A DNA stretch of 64,000 bases from Octopus sinensis (taxonomy: Eukaryota). Shown here piece by piece: positions 25,597 through 39,949 of the stretch. Position 1 is the stretch's first letter; each line of letters opens with the position of its first letter. The stretch is taken from positions 9,920,001 to 9,984,000 of the forward strand of contig NC_043014.1 of the NCBI RefSeq assembly GCF_006345805.1, written 5' to 3'. The notes under the pieces are model-generated. The model was not told the origin of the DNA and did no database searches. It was given only the letters and a program-made list of their open reading frames with translations. Position numbers and translations under genes: made by a program.

Positions 25597-25912
25597 TCCG
25601 CCGGTTACGACGACGAGGGTCTCAGCTGATACGATCAACGGAACAGCTTGCTCGTGAAATTAACGTGCAAATGGCTGAGCATTACACAGACACGTGTACC
25701 CTTAACGTAGTTCTCGGGGATAATCAGCGTGACACAGAGAGTGACAAGGCTGACCCTTTGAAATACAAGTACAACTCATTTTTGCCAGCTGAGTGGACTG
25801 GAGCAACGTGAAATAAAGTGTCTTGCTCAAGGACACAACGCGTCGCCGGGAATCGAACTCACAACCTTACGATCATGAGCCGAATGCCCTAACCACTAAG
25901 CCACGCGCCCTC
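25597..25912 (-). mobile_element. SINE head D (tRNA plus CORE-like domain) with tail 1
   Basis: GGCGCGTGGCTTAGTGGTTAGGG...TGTGTCCTTGAGCAAGACACTTTATTTC, then the same tail as 5537 and 63350. Confidence 0.85.
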
Positions 25913-26079
25913 ACATGACAGTCTAGGCAAAACACCAATATGAACTTCTAATTTGTTGTCTCTTGAGGTCTATTGGTGAGCCAACTTATACAAATACAAA
26001 GCAAAAGTCAAACATAAAACAATAATAATAATAATAAGAAGAAGAAGAAGAAGAAGAACAACAACAACAACAATATGTA

Positions 26080-27200
26080 TATATACGTATATATTGTTAA
26101 AATAGAAGTTGAAAATGGGCTGAGAATAGTTAAACTATTCTTTTAATTGTATTTAATGATTCAATCGGTTTTACAGACTACACTGATGTTCAAAAATATG
26201 AAGTATAAAGACGTGGCTTACGTCGCAACTGTTTTGCTTCAGACTAGTGTTTGAAGATTGCCCTATTTTTATAGGGAGCTCATGGTTCAAATTAGTATAT
26301 GTTTTGAAGAGGGTTTTATTGGTAGAGGATAGTCACATAACTGGTCATGGAAATATTTGTAGGTTCACCGCTATGTCCGTGTGTTAGTATCAATGACAAA
26401 GTTTAGTGTCGTAATATAAGGCTCACACGATTGACTTGAACGAATCTAGTGGTAGCACCAAATAATCAATGTTCTGGGGTTTTTCTGTCAAGTGTTTGTA
26501 GAGATTGAACACGTGATTAAGTTTAGAATCTTTTGTATGATTCCCGCTACGTACGTGAGTTAGTGTCATGTGACTGTATATTTTGCACCTAAAATGAAGG
26601 CCAATACGGTTGAGTGAATAGGTTTCGTTACACTCAAGGCACACCAATTTAATCTATTTCTTTACTACCCACAAGGGGCTACACACAGAAGGGACAAACA
26701 AGGACAGACAAATGGATTAAGTCGATTATATCAACCTCAGTGCGTAACTGGTACTTTATTTATCGACACCGAAAGGATGAAAGGCAAAACCGACCGCGGC
26801 GGAATTTGAACTCAGAACGTAACGGCAGACGAAATACGGCTACGCATTTCGCCCGGCGTGCTAACATTTCTGCCAGCTCGCTGCCCTGCACACCAATATA
26901 ATCTGGTGGGAGAGTAGACAGGAGTCGTTTGTATATACCTTAGAGGCTAAAGTTTAGGTTGTTAGCTGTGTTGGTTCCTCATGTTAAGTGGCAGAATGAG
27001 TTTAGTTCGTGAAATGTTATTTGTGTATGTACTCTGTAAAATTCTGCCAAGTCTGGGTTTGTACGTTTGAATGAAAGTATTCTTTTTTGTTTATCCTTGC
27101 TTCATCTGTAGTATTCACTGAAAATAGGTAGAGTGGGAATTTGGGGGACTTATTTTTACACATGTCCGTGTCTACACAGTGGAAGCTGACTAGTACTAGG
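26080..27200 (-). mobile_element. Decayed Penelope-like element (GIY-YIG-like remnants)
   Basis: [31 protein letters not shown] resembles a PLE endonuclease C-terminus; CLECNETY..HFRCKIYSH segment. Confidence 0.45.
26652..26886 (-). mobile_element. SINE family B inserted in the PLE remnant
   Basis: Full B copy flanked by a CACACCAAT direct repeat (TSD). Confidence 0.88.
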
Positions 27201-27217
27201 ATCTCGTATAGGTATAG

Positions 27218-27218
27218 G

Positions 27219-27283
<65 letters not shown>

Positions 27284-27286
27284 CGG

Positions 27287-27353
<67 letters not shown>

Positions 27354-27358
27354 ATCGG

Positions 27359-27399
<41 letters not shown>

Positions 27400-27418
27400 C
27401 GGTAGATAGATAGATCTG

Positions 27419-27483
<65 letters not shown>

Positions 27484-27486
27484 CGG

Positions 27487-27527
<41 letters not shown>

Positions 27528-27585
27528 CTGTAGATAGATAGATCTGTAGATAGATAGATATAGATAGATAGATAGATAGATAGAT

Positions 27586-27638
<53 letters not shown>

Positions 27639-27656
27639 CGGTAGATAGATAGATAG

Positions 27657-27693
<37 letters not shown>
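27218..27693. repeat. (GATA)n array
   Basis: Direct inspection. Confidence 0.97.
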
Positions 27694-27694
<1 letters not shown>

Positions 27695-27695
<1 letters not shown>

Positions 27696-28565
27696 CTTTC
27701 TTTTATTAGCTACACAGGGCTGAATACAGAGGGGACAAATACAAATGCAGAGCTTTTCTTTTCGAGGGTGGAAAAAAATTTTAAAAATGTAAGATTGCGA
27801 TCAAAAGGGATCGAGAGGAGGAAAAAAAGGGAAAAAAAAGGAAATCGTGTATCACAGAAATAATGATGTAAACATTGATATAACAAGATTGGGTTCATCC
27901 GTGGGAAGAAAAGCCTACAGAAAAGACAACGGGAACCCCAGTCAGGGAGGAAATAACCACATGAGATCAAAAATGCTCTCTTTCTTTCTGTTTTACGATC
28001 TACAGGATCATGCTCAAAATGGTTTCGTTACTAGCACGCACCATCTTTGCAACATTCACCCATCTTTTTTTGAATCTTTCGCGAGACAAAACTTCCCTCT
28101 CCATTCTCACCTTCCTTTTCAAGTGGTACTTGAAAAAGTTGATGAGCGATTGGCCAGAGAGGTAAGTGTTTGTCTCTAATCCTTTCGCTCGAGTCCACCA
28201 CACACATTCTTTCACCATGGCCACCAGTACGATGAAAACTGCCTTGCCTTCCGGTTGAGGGAAGGGGGCGGAGCAATTCCCACGATAGACTCGGCCGATA
28301 GGCGGATTCGTCCCACACGTGACAGCAGCCGTTCGGCATAAGCCCACAGGTCGGAAATGGTTGGACATTGCACGAGTGCGTGCAGAACGGTTTCGTCGCT
28401 CTGACCGCACCTCGGGCAAGTCGGTCCAGTGTGTCTGGAACCGTGTCTGTAGAGCTTATCCCGAACAGGTAATGCTTCTCGATAGCACTGCCAGGCCAGG
28501 GATCTTTGGTGATTGTTCATAGGTCCCGGCCCGAAAGTTGTCCTGAACAGGCGGGTCAGGTGTTC
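27695..28565 (-). mobile_element. Tx1/L1-clade LINE 3' fragment (zf-RVT/CCHC region and 3'UTR)
   Basis: WQCYREALPVRDKLYRHGSRHTGPTCPRCGQSDETVLHALVQCPTISDLW; HLKRKVRMERE; GATA repeats on both flanks. Confidence 0.88.
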
Positions 28566-28569
28566 CTAG

Positions 28570-28825
<256 letters not shown>

Positions 28826-29099
28826 GTAAATTCTATTAGTCATACACATCAATCGTTTCCCAAGCTCAAAAATCTGTTAGAAGCAGAGTGCCTTATTTCA
28901 AAGTTTACATCAAAATGTGTCTGATATTACATAAGAATGACGAATATAAATAGATAATAAATAAATAAAATATCAGAATTGCTGAAAGGTTGCTTTAATT
29001 TCGTCTATTATTTTGATGATTCCTGAAGTAGATATGCTAAGTACTTCTTGTAACGCAGCAAATTGTGAGGGAACATTCAAAAGTAATTTATTATATTAC

Positions 29100-29624
29100 T
29101 ATTAAATATATATATATATATATAATATATATATACATATATATAAAATAGTAATATGATAAACTATAATAAATATATTTATATTTATACATATATACAT
29201 ATTTATAAACATACATATATACATATTTATATACATACATATATACATACATATATATATATTTATATACGTACATGTATACATATTTATATACGTACAT
29301 GTATACATATTTATATACGTACATGTATACATATTTATATACGTACATATATACATATTTATATATATACATATGTACATATTTATATATATACATATAT
29401 ACATATTTATATACATACATATGTACATATTTATATATATACATATTTATATATATAGATATATACATATTTATATATATACATATATACATATTTATAT
29501 ATATACATATATACATATTTATATATATATACATATATACATATTTATATATATATATATATACATATATATACATACATATATATATACATATTTATAA
29601 ACATACATATATACATACATATAT

Positions 29625-29678
<54 letters not shown>

Positions 29679-29680
29679 TA
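29100..29680. repeat. TA/TACA-rich minisatellite-like array
   Basis: Recurring 20-24 bp units such as ATACATATTTATATACGTACATGT. Confidence 0.9.
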
Positions 29681-29763
29681 CACTCACGCGCGATTCGTTT
29701 ATACCTATCTGACGTTATATTCATATATCGATTGAAATAAACATGCTTATTATTATTATATAG

Positions 29764-29809
<46 letters not shown>

Positions 29810-29947
29810 AGATATATATATATATATTATATATATATATATATATATAATATATATATATATATGCATTACATATTTCCGATATCCATTTTACATAGCT
29901 TGTGAATGCAACCTCATGAGTATTATAGATATAACAACATATACAGA

Positions 29948-30255
29948 AGGCGCGTGGCTATGTGGTTAGGGTACTTGTCTCAGAATCGTAAGGTGGTGAG
30001 TTCGAAATTCGGAGATGCGTTCCGTCCTTGAGCAAAACGTTTTATTTGTCATTGCTGCAGGCCACTCAGCTAGCAAAATTGGATTGCACCTCTAACTCAA
30101 AGAACCAGCCTTGACACCTTTGTCACGTCAAATCTCCTGAAGAACTTTGTTTAGGATACGTGCATCTTCGACGTGTTCAACCATTAATTTCAGGAACAGG
30201 CTGTTCCGTTGATCGCATCTACTGCAACTTCTGTCGTCGTAAGCGACGGAAGTCC
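29948..30255 (+). mobile_element. Diverged SINE head D with tail 1
   Basis: Degenerate match to 25597-25912. Confidence 0.65.
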
Positions 30256-30349
30256 AGACCTTTTTAAGTACTTCTATCCTTCTCTCATTCTCTCTCTCTC
30301 TCTCGCTATGTGCGACTATCTGTGTTTGTGTGTGTATATATATCTTACT

Positions 30350-30551
30350 CTTTTACTATCACTTTTTTCAGTCTTGACTGTGGGTATGCTGGAGCACCGC
30401 CTTTAGTTGAGCATATCGACCCCAAGGACTTATTCTTCGTAAGCCTCGTACTTATTCTATCGGTTCTTTTGCCGAACAGCTAGGTTACACCAGCATCGGT
30501 TGTCAAGCGATGTTGGTTAAGACGAACACAGACACACAAACACATACATAT

Positions 30552-30586
<35 letters not shown>

Positions 30587-30760
30587 CACATATATACGGC
30601 GGGCCTCTTTCAGTTTCCGTCTAGCAATTCCACTCAGAAGGCTTTGAGCGGCCCGAGGGTATACTAGAAGATATTTGCCCAAGGTGCCACGCAATGGAAC
30701 TGAATCCGGAACCATGTGGTTGGTATGCGAGCTACTTACCACACAGCCACTCCTGCGCCT
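30350..30760 (-). mobile_element. SINE family A
   Basis: Matches other A copies. Confidence 0.85.
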
Positions 30761-31019
30761 CTATATTCGTAAAGATATAAATCATGGAGAAAAATGATTA
30801 ATTTCATTTAGTAATGAACAATTAAGATCCATTCAAAATTTGGTTCAGAAGTTTCAAATCACATAAACGTCTTATACTGTCGTATTTAATAATAAACAGG
30901 CTGCTTTCACATTTACATTGATAATTACACCTAGATTTTAATATACCTTCTCGACTTTAATATATGGCTTTGTATGTATGTGTGCGTGTGCGTGTGTGTA
31001 TGTGTGTGTGTGTGTGTGT

Positions 31020-31265
31020 GGAGTCGCGTGGCTTTGTGGTTAGGGTGTTGAACTCCTGATCGTAAGGTTGTGGTTTCGATTCCTGGACCGGGCGACGCGT
31101 TGTGTTCTTGAGCAAAACACTTCATTTTCACGTTGCTCCAGTCCACTCAGCTGGCAAAAGTGAGTAATCCTGCGACGGACCGGCGTCCCGTCCAGGTGGG
31201 GAATTTCTACGCCTCTGAAAACGGGAAACCGGCCTTAAGGTCCTGGCATGGCTCAAGAAGGAACA
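31020..31265 (+). mobile_element. SINE head D with tail 2
   Basis: D head, then CCTGCGACGGACCGGCGTCCCGTCCAGGTGGGG...GGCATGGCTCAAGAAGG. Confidence 0.82.
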
Positions 31266-31284
31266 TTTATTTCATTTAATTATA

Positions 31285-31700
31285 TATATATATATATAAA
31301 ATCCATTCTGTCTGTCTGTCTGTCTTCTCGGTTCTCGGGCATCCTCCATCCAATTGCGCTCAAATTTGATATGTAGATACCGATGGTATCAGGGCGTGTA
31401 TAAGTCATGAAAAAATTACAAAAATCGATTCCAGGTGAGAATACGATCGATAAAGCCGTTTTTGTCCTGCTCTTCTTCCGTCAACCTGTACATAACTGCA
31501 CCTTTCATTTTTTGTTGTTTTTGTACTGCCAAAGGCACGTTTCTTTCCTGCCAAGCTTACTGTTTAAACCATGTTTGTGTTCTTCCAGTCATTACTCGTA
31601 CTTTAAACTCTTCAGTTGCATATTTGTGTGAATAAAATCGTTTTTCTTTGGAACAGAAAAAAGTCTATGTTCATTTCTTCTTTTGCTGGTGTCTCAAATT
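31285..31700 (+). mobile_element. Possible non-autonomous Helitron-like element (different family)
   Basis: 5' TATATATAAAA(TCTG)n...CAAATTTG architecture like the other Helitrons; no CTAG end found. Confidence 0.35.
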
Positions 31701-31879
31701 AGGTTAAATCAGTGTTTCTCAAAGGGAAGGCCTATGGGACGGTCGGACAAGTTGTTTTGAGAAAATTTGGTTTATATATATAATTTGGTTTATATCTCAG
31801 CACCGTCCATCGGACGTGGGGCGATTTGCTCGTATAACTATAAATACGCATATGTTTTTCGTTAGCTGCGTTCGCTTGT

Positions 31880-32296
31880 CTCTTTTACTCTTTACTCTTT
31901 TACTCTTTTACTTGTTTCAGTCATTTGACTGCGGCCATGCTGGAGCACCGCCTTTAGTCGAGCAAATCGACCCCGGGACTTATTCTTTGTAAGCCCAGTA
32001 CTTATTCTATCGGTCTCTTTTTGCCAAACCGCTAAGTGACGGGGACGTAAACACACCAGCATCGGTTGTCAAGCAATGCTAGGGGGACAAACACAGACAC
32101 ACAAACACACACATATATATATATATATATATACATATATACGACAGGCTTCTTTCAGTTTCCGTCTACCAAATCCACTCACAAGGCATTGGTCGGCCCG
32201 GGGCTATAGCAGAAGACACTTGCCCAAGATGCCACGCAGTGGGACTGAACCTGGAACCATGTGGTTGGTTAGCAAGCTACTTACCACACAGCCACT
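31880..32296 (-). mobile_element. SINE family A (young-looking)
   Basis: Nearly identical to 59150-59605. Confidence 0.9.
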
Positions 32297-32961
32297 GTGG
32301 TGATAAATTTATTGATTTCTTTGTATATCCCTCTTTTGCAATTCTGAAAGATTTGGAAGTATTGTGGCAGATTAGAGGCTGGGGGGTGGGCAATTTTGAA
32401 AATCTTATGTCCGTTACTTGTTGGAGTCATTAGACTGCAGCCAATCTGGGGCACAACCGTGAAGGGATTTTGGTAAACAAACCAAGCAATACCGGTACTT
32501 TGTTTCTGTAACTGCGGTACTTATTTTATCGGTCTCGTTTTGCCGAACCGCTATTTTACAGGAACGTAAAGAAACTAATACCTGTTGTCACGCAGTGGTC
32601 TGAGAAGACCATACACAATGAAACACACACACACGCACACGCACACGCACACGCTAACACGTATAGGATAAACTTCCGCAATATGTTATGGTTTTTATGT
32701 ATGGAAGAATATAATATTTAAGTTCTTTTATTGTTTCTTTATTTCAATTCTTCGCGGACTGCTGCCTTTATGGGACACTAGATACCGACGCCATTGTCAG
32801 TTTTAAGGACGCTGCAAGCAATCATATTTAGGTAGGAATATATATAATAAATTTAGATAGATAGATAGATAGATAGATAGACACACAGACGGACAGACTG
32901 ATGGAGAGATAGAGATAAATAGATAGAGAGATAGTCAGATAGATAGATAGACAGACTGACT

Positions 32962-32997
<36 letters not shown>

Positions 32998-33009
32998 ATA
33001 TATATATAT

Positions 33010-33295
<286 letters not shown>

Positions 33296-33327
33296 AGAAA
33301 AAATAGATAGATAGATAGATAGATGAA

Positions 33328-33427
<100 letters not shown>

Positions 33428-34064
33428 TTTTATTATGGCCACACAGGGCTAAACACACAAATAGATAGATAGACAGACTGACAGGTAGAAACTGAAATAG
33501 ATACACAGTCACAGTACACATATATATGCGTGTTTGTTTGTGTGCATGCGTGTGCGTGTGTGCATGCATGTGTATGTATGTGTATTTGTGCGTGGGTGCA
33601 TATGTGTGTGTAAATGTGTGTGTGTAAATGTGTGTGTGTAAATGTGTGCGTGTGTATATATGTGTGTGTATGTGTGTGCGTGTGTTTGAATATGTGTATA
33701 TCTGTATGTGTGTATGTGTGTGTGTGTCGTTTTGCCTCTTTGCTTGTTTCAGTCATTGGACTACGACCTTTTTCCTGTCGTGACACCGAACTAATCTCTG
33801 GATCGGTTTAGTTCAATATATCGAACCCAGTGATTTTGTTTGTTTTGGTTTTTTATTTTAAATTTTTGGTTTTTTAAAAAAGTTTTGTAAGACTTGACTT
33901 CTCGGGCTTTCGATCAGCTAACAGGAATACAACCAAACCGTCAGTGAATACTTTACGGCCAAACATAAAAACTCACACGCACACTTACGTATAAACACAC
34001 ACACACACACGCACACATACACAGAGTGAAAGAATGAGTGAGAGAGAGAAAGAGACCCAGTTGT

Positions 34065-34290
34065 GTGTCTGTATATTTATATAACGGGAAAGTTTACGAA
34101 AATAAACAAAAACCGAAGACAGGTGGAGTACAAACAAACAAATGTATTAGTATATGCGCTCAGGAATAGCAATAGAAAAAGTCATTTATGTTTCGAGTCT
34201 ACGCTCTTCATCAGAAAATTACACAGAAAAAAAACAAGGAGAGGAACAAGGAGAGAAAAAAATGCGTGTAGGAGCTAACGATCTATATAC
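34065..34290 (-). mobile_element. Penelope-like terminal repeat with hammerhead core at 34186-34218
   Basis: Minus strand CUGAUGA-A-GAG-CGUAGA-CUC-GAAAC-AUA; same family as 33010. Confidence 0.65.
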
Positions 34291-34300
34291 ATTCATACAC

Positions 34301-34361
<61 letters not shown>

Positions 34362-34864
34362 GCACACATACATATATGTGTGTTAGTGTCGGTGTACTGT
34401 GTATATGTAAAAGCGTTCATGTATCTACATATGTGTTCGTATATGTGTGTTTGTATGAATATACGTATAGCTGTGTGCAGACACACACACACGCACGCAC
34501 ACACTTTGTTATGCTTTGCACTTTGTTATGGCCAGTTATACCACCCGAAATTATACGGTTCTGAAGCAAATTCTTCAAACACACCCTGTACGTTATCCGC
34601 ACACATACACCGCGTAAAAAGACATACCCGCTCATCGCGCACCTACGACCGATTCCCATTCTGTTTGACAATCACTCACAAGGCATTGTACTACATGTGA
34701 CTCCATGTAAATGCCATGTAGCGGAACTGAACCTCAGGCCACGTGGTTACGACGCCATGCTTGCCTGAATATATACAATGTTTACATATAACGTTGTCTG
34801 TGTATACCTGTCCCCGTATGCGTGCATATGTATATATCTAAGCATGTATGTAAGGTAATACATA

Positions 34865-35245
34865 TGCATGTCGCCGGGCGACATGCTTAGTGATATTGCG
34901 TCTACCGCTGTGTTCTGAGTTCAAATTCCGCAGAGGTCCACTTTGCCTTTCATCCTTTCGGGATCGATAAATTAAGTACCAGTTACACACTGGGGTCGAT
35001 GTAATCGACTTAATCCGTTTTTCTGTCCTTGTTTGTCCCCTCTGTGTTTATCACCTTGTGGATAGGAAAGAAATAGGTATTTCGTCTGTCTTTACGTTCT
35101 GAGTTCAAATTCCGCCGAGGTTAATGCTGCCTTTCATCCTTTTGGAGTCGATAAATTAAGTACCGGTTGCGTACTGGGATCGATCTAGTAGACTGGACCC
35201 CCTCCCCCAAAATTCGGGCCTTGTGCCTAGAGTAGAAAAGAATGT
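34865..35245 (+). mobile_element. SINE family B dimer (two different tails)
   Basis: Junction AAAGAAATAGGTATTTCG at about 35068-35085. Confidence 0.8.
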
Positions 35246-35898
35246 GTATGCATGTATCTATCTAGATATATAGGCATGCATGAATGTGTGTATATGTATG
35301 AATATATGTACGTTAGTATGTGTGTGTGTATGTATGAATATTCGTATGTGTGTATCTATGTATGTATATGTTTATGTATATCCATGTGTGTGTAAAACAG
35401 GCGACGGAATTAAACTGCGGCCACGCTGGGGCACCACTTCGAGGAATTTTAGTCGAACTAATTGACCCCAGTACTTAATTTCTATTTAAGCCTGGTCCTT
35501 ATTCAATCGGACTGTTTTACCGCACTGTTGAATTACGGGAACGTAAACACGCCAACACCGGTTGTAAAGCATCGGTAGGAGACTAATACAGACACAAATA
35601 TACACGCACTCTCTCACAAACAGACACACTCACAAACATAGACACACACCTACAAAAAGTTTTTATAGTGATTATGGTTCGTTTAAGTCCCCTCCGAAAT
35701 CAGAACATCAGCATTGAAGTACCCGAGTACACCTCAGTTACTTATACCGTTATCGTGATTCACAGGTAGAAGTTACGTAACACCGCGTGCCGGCCTTTGA
35801 AGTACAGGTACAATACGTTCGGTAGACTTTGATACATTTCCATTCTGTAGAAGTGCGGCCGTAAGACAAGTGTCGGCGCGGCGCTATAGAAAAATAAC

Positions 35899-36030
35899 AC
35901 ATTATTTACATTATTTACATTCGGCAGATATTTGTCCTCATCTTGTTTGTTGTTAACACCAAACAAGATTAACAACAAGATGAGGACAAATATCCGTCGA
36001 ATGTAAATAATGTAAATCATGTAAATAATG
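35899..36030. repeat. Inverted repeat (arms about 55 bp)
   Basis: ATTTACATT..GATATTTGTCCTCATCTTGTT paired with AACAAGATGAGGACAAATATC..AATGTAAAT. Confidence 0.85.
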
Positions 36031-36095
36031 TACATATTTCCTCATCTCTCAAATATGGAACAGAAAAATAAGTTATTGAGAACACCATGCAATAA

Positions 36096-36410
36096 GTGGA
36101 GGTGCAATGGCCCAGTGGTTAGGACAGCGGACTCGCGGTCGGAGGATCGCGGTTTCGATACCCAGACTGGACGTTGTGTGTTTATTGAGCGAAAACATCT
36201 AAAGCTCCACGACGGTCCAGCAGGGGGTGGTGGCGACTCCTATTATACTCTTTTGCCCCAACTTTCTCTCACTCTTTCTTCCTGTTTTTTGAGTAACGCT
36301 GCGATGGACTGGCGTCCTGTCCAGTTGGGGCAGGGGGAACACATACGCCATAGAAACCGGGAATCCGGGCCCATGACACCTGGCTGGGCTTGAAAAGGAC
36401 GCATAAAAAA
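36096..36410 (+). mobile_element. SINE head C with tail 2
   Basis: C head; tail GACTGGCGTCCTGTCCAG...GGAAACCGGG. Confidence 0.85.
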
Positions 36411-36484
36411 AAAAAAACAATACCATATGACAGAACCCAAGGATTCTTATATACTAACTGTACATTTTTCCAGACTAACTCACA

Positions 36485-36558
36485 GGTACTCATACACCCA
36501 ATGGTAGAATAATTGTCATATTTACAAGAGATGTGGGTTCGAGTCCGACGGACTGCCT
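36485..36558 (+). tRNA. Degenerate tRNA-like sequence (pseudogene or SINE head)
   Basis: D-loop-like AATGGTAGA and T-arm GTGGGTTCGAGTCC; acceptor and anticodon stems pair poorly. Confidence 0.3.
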
Positions 36559-37374
36559 TTGAAGTTTTCTCTCCAGAAGGGGTTTTCCCAAAGCAATATT
36601 TACATTCTTATATTTATAGTTGAAAATGTATATGTACTTCGCAGAACCAATTCCACAAAAGCGATATATGCATGTATTGTGTGTGTGTGTGTGTGTGAGT
36701 CTGTATGTATGTGTCTGTGTGTGCGTGGATGTATATATTGTTTTATATATATATATATACATATATATACACACATATATATATATACATATATACACAC
36801 ATATATACATATATATATGTGTGTGTGTGTATGTTAATGTTTGTGTTTGTGTATGTATGTATATATATGCATATACTTATATGCATGCACACATATACAT
36901 ACATACACATATATAGAAAGAGAGAGAGAAAGACAGACAGATAGAGACAGTGAGAGAGACAAAGACAGAGTGAGAGCCAGAGAGAGAGAGAGAGAGCGAG
37001 AGGTAGAGAAAGAGACAAAGAGAGAGAGACTGATAAATATTTGTATATGTTTGTGTTAGTGTGTTCGCGTGTATAGTAAATGGATGTGTAAATTTTTATA
37101 ATTTTTTTTTGTATATGCATCTATCTACATAAATGTTTACATTCCGTTTATATTATATACACTTTAATTTATATATATATATATATAAATGGATGCAAAT
37201 ACATATTCATTCATACATAAATGTGTATATAAAATTTTAAACTTCATATTAATTTTATATTACTCACAGTTACACGGACACACTGACACACGGAAACACG
37301 CGGACACATCAGCACATACATGCATGCATACACAAACACACTCACATTCATCCACACACACACACACACACACA

Positions 37375-37429
<55 letters not shown>

Positions 37430-38337
37430 CATGTATTACAATCGTATTTACACCTCAAAGAGAAAAAGAAATAAAATATTGAAGCGAGAGAGATTTCCAA
37501 TCATAAGTTTATGAAAACTTTGAAGTGTCTTACCTTGTTATCGATTTCTTGACACGTACACCGTTTATACACAACAGTCCGTATATATACCCACACACAT
37601 ACAGATACGTGCGTGTATATTGCAGCTACGTATATTGTTCAAATGTTTATGATTAAGAGAAATATCAAGTGAATACTCGGCAGTTGAAAGTCTTTCAACT
37701 GATTTCCATGGTTCTGTCTGTACATGTGTTTATCCGCTATCTCATCCAAGCAGTGTTATAGCATCAATACCCCGTGTGGCGTTTTGCTGGATCTACATAC
37801 AGACATGTAGACATGCATACGTGCGTATATAATTATATAATTATGCAAACTTATTGTTCACATACATGTGTGTGTTTGTGTGTGTGTATGTCCATATGTG
37901 TGTGCGTGCATGTATATATGAGGAGGGTGTGTGTGTCAGTCTGTGTGCGCATGTGTTTGAATGTATGTTTGTATACTATGCACGTACGTACATGTATGTA
38001 TATATGTATATATATATATAGATAGATAGATAGATAGATAGATAGAGATAGAAAGATATAGATAGAAAGATAGATAGATAGATATAGATAGAAAGATATA
38101 TATATATATATATAGATAGATAGATATATATAGATGATATAGATATATATAGATAAATAGATATATATAGATAGATAGATATAGATAGATCGATAGGTAT
38201 AGATAGATCGATAGATATAGATAGATATAGATATATATAAATAGATATATATATAGATAGATATATGTATGTAGGTATGTATGTGTAGAAATATATGCGT
38301 ATATATGTTTATATACGCGTGCGTATGGTTGGATGGC

Positions 38338-38369
<32 letters not shown>

Positions 38370-38599
38370 ATATATATATATATATATGTGTGTGGTGTGT
38401 GTGTGTGTGTGTGTGTGTCTGTGTTTATATATAGGGAGAAAGAGAGAGAGAGGTTTTATATATGTTTATATGTAAACAAATGTGTATCTGCGTTTGTGTG
38501 TGTGTGATTGTGTGCGTGCGTGTTGTATGTACTTAAGTATATATATATATATATATATATATACCAGAGATGTAAGCGTCTATGTATGTGTGTATGTAT

Positions 38600-39150
38600 G
38601 TATGTATTTAGCGCACGTCTGATCGCTTCTGTTGGGGGCGGCTCGCTTCTGTTCGAGTGTTATATGTTGTTTTAAAAATTGCGTTGATGTTTGTTTTTAT
38701 TATTCTTTTGTATCCTCGAGTTCACGTGCAGTTTGTAATAGTACCGGCGATGTGAACAGCAGTGGAGGTGGAGGCGCTAGTGGTGGTAGCGACCTCGGTG
38801 ACGTCGGCGACGTCGACGACAGCGGTGGCCCGTGTTGCCGTTGGCAACTGTGATGCCTCTGATTGTCTCTCAGTCAATGATGTCAGTACTGCGAATGTTT
38901 TTTTTTTTTTGTACTCGCGCCGCCGAAAAGTTATAAACTGTTAGGTGAAAGGTTCGATCCCGTGGTGTGCCGTGGTGCGGTAGGTAAACTTGGTAGACGC
39001 TGTACTATTGCGCTAATGGGAGTTATTTGGTCGGTTCAGTGCTTTTATTTATTGCATGGGAGAGGGCGGATATCTTCATTCTGATTGCAGAAAAATGCTT
39101 GTGTTGTAGCATTGGTTGATCTGCTTGTAGTAACAGTACAAGCACTGTTG
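38600..39150. promoter_or_regulatory. Candidate promoter or 5'UTR island
   Basis: Unique CpG/GC-rich sequence; CCAAT-like and GGGCGG motifs at about 39060-39120; possible plus-strand donor TAG|GTAAAC near 38982. Confidence 0.35.
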
Positions 39151-39949
39151 TAGCGACTGGTGCTGTTGTTTCTAATTACAGACATACAAGGCGGCGCAGT
39201 AGGAGAACCGTTACAGCGTCGGACAAAACGCCGCGTGCTGTTCAGCAACAGCTGTTCTCGTTCGCGTTCCGGGTTCGAACCCCGCTAAGGTTAACTTTTA
39301 CCTTTCATCATCTCTCTGCGTTCGATTAATTAAAGAACAAATCAAACACCTGGATCGATACAATCGATTATACTCCTCCTCCTCCTCCTCCTCTAATTAT
39401 GTTGCCGTACCTCAAAATTTATAGAAATTATTAATTATCGTGATTAAAGCAACGATGGATTAACTAAACAGTCGGTGCGGTGGAGGAGATGATTATGTGG
39501 TGGCTGTTGTTTAGCCCTGAGAAAACCATCACTGAGTATAACTATGATCATATCTGTTACTTCCGTGACCATTCCGACATTGAGGTTTTATCCAGGTCTA
39601 TATTATCTAATATCACCTTTAACTTTTGGGGGTTTTTTTGTGTAAATTAAGGGATATCTGGCTGCTGTTTCGAGCAAAATGTGTGTCTTCAAAGCGCTGA
39701 CTGTATGCCTTGTTTTTCTTGATATTGTTGTTGTTTTCGGTGTTTAACCTTACGTCAGCCCTGATCCAGGAGACCCATTATCAAGTTTACTCTAGATATG
39801 GCCATCCCGTATATTTAGTGGTACGTGTGTCTTTCCCTGGCTGTCAAAACAAATTACGGTTGAAGAAAACCGTATTTAGCTGTTGTTTCTAGCAGCCTCA
39901 CCGGCTTCCTGACACCGTTACACTTTTGACATGGTACGTAATATAACGT

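Noticed and set aside
39180-39290. RRTKRRVLFS peptide resembling the NK2 homeodomain N-terminal arm, after an acceptor-like site
   Set aside because: No homeodomain helices follow, and the DNA aligns to a degenerate SINE B head
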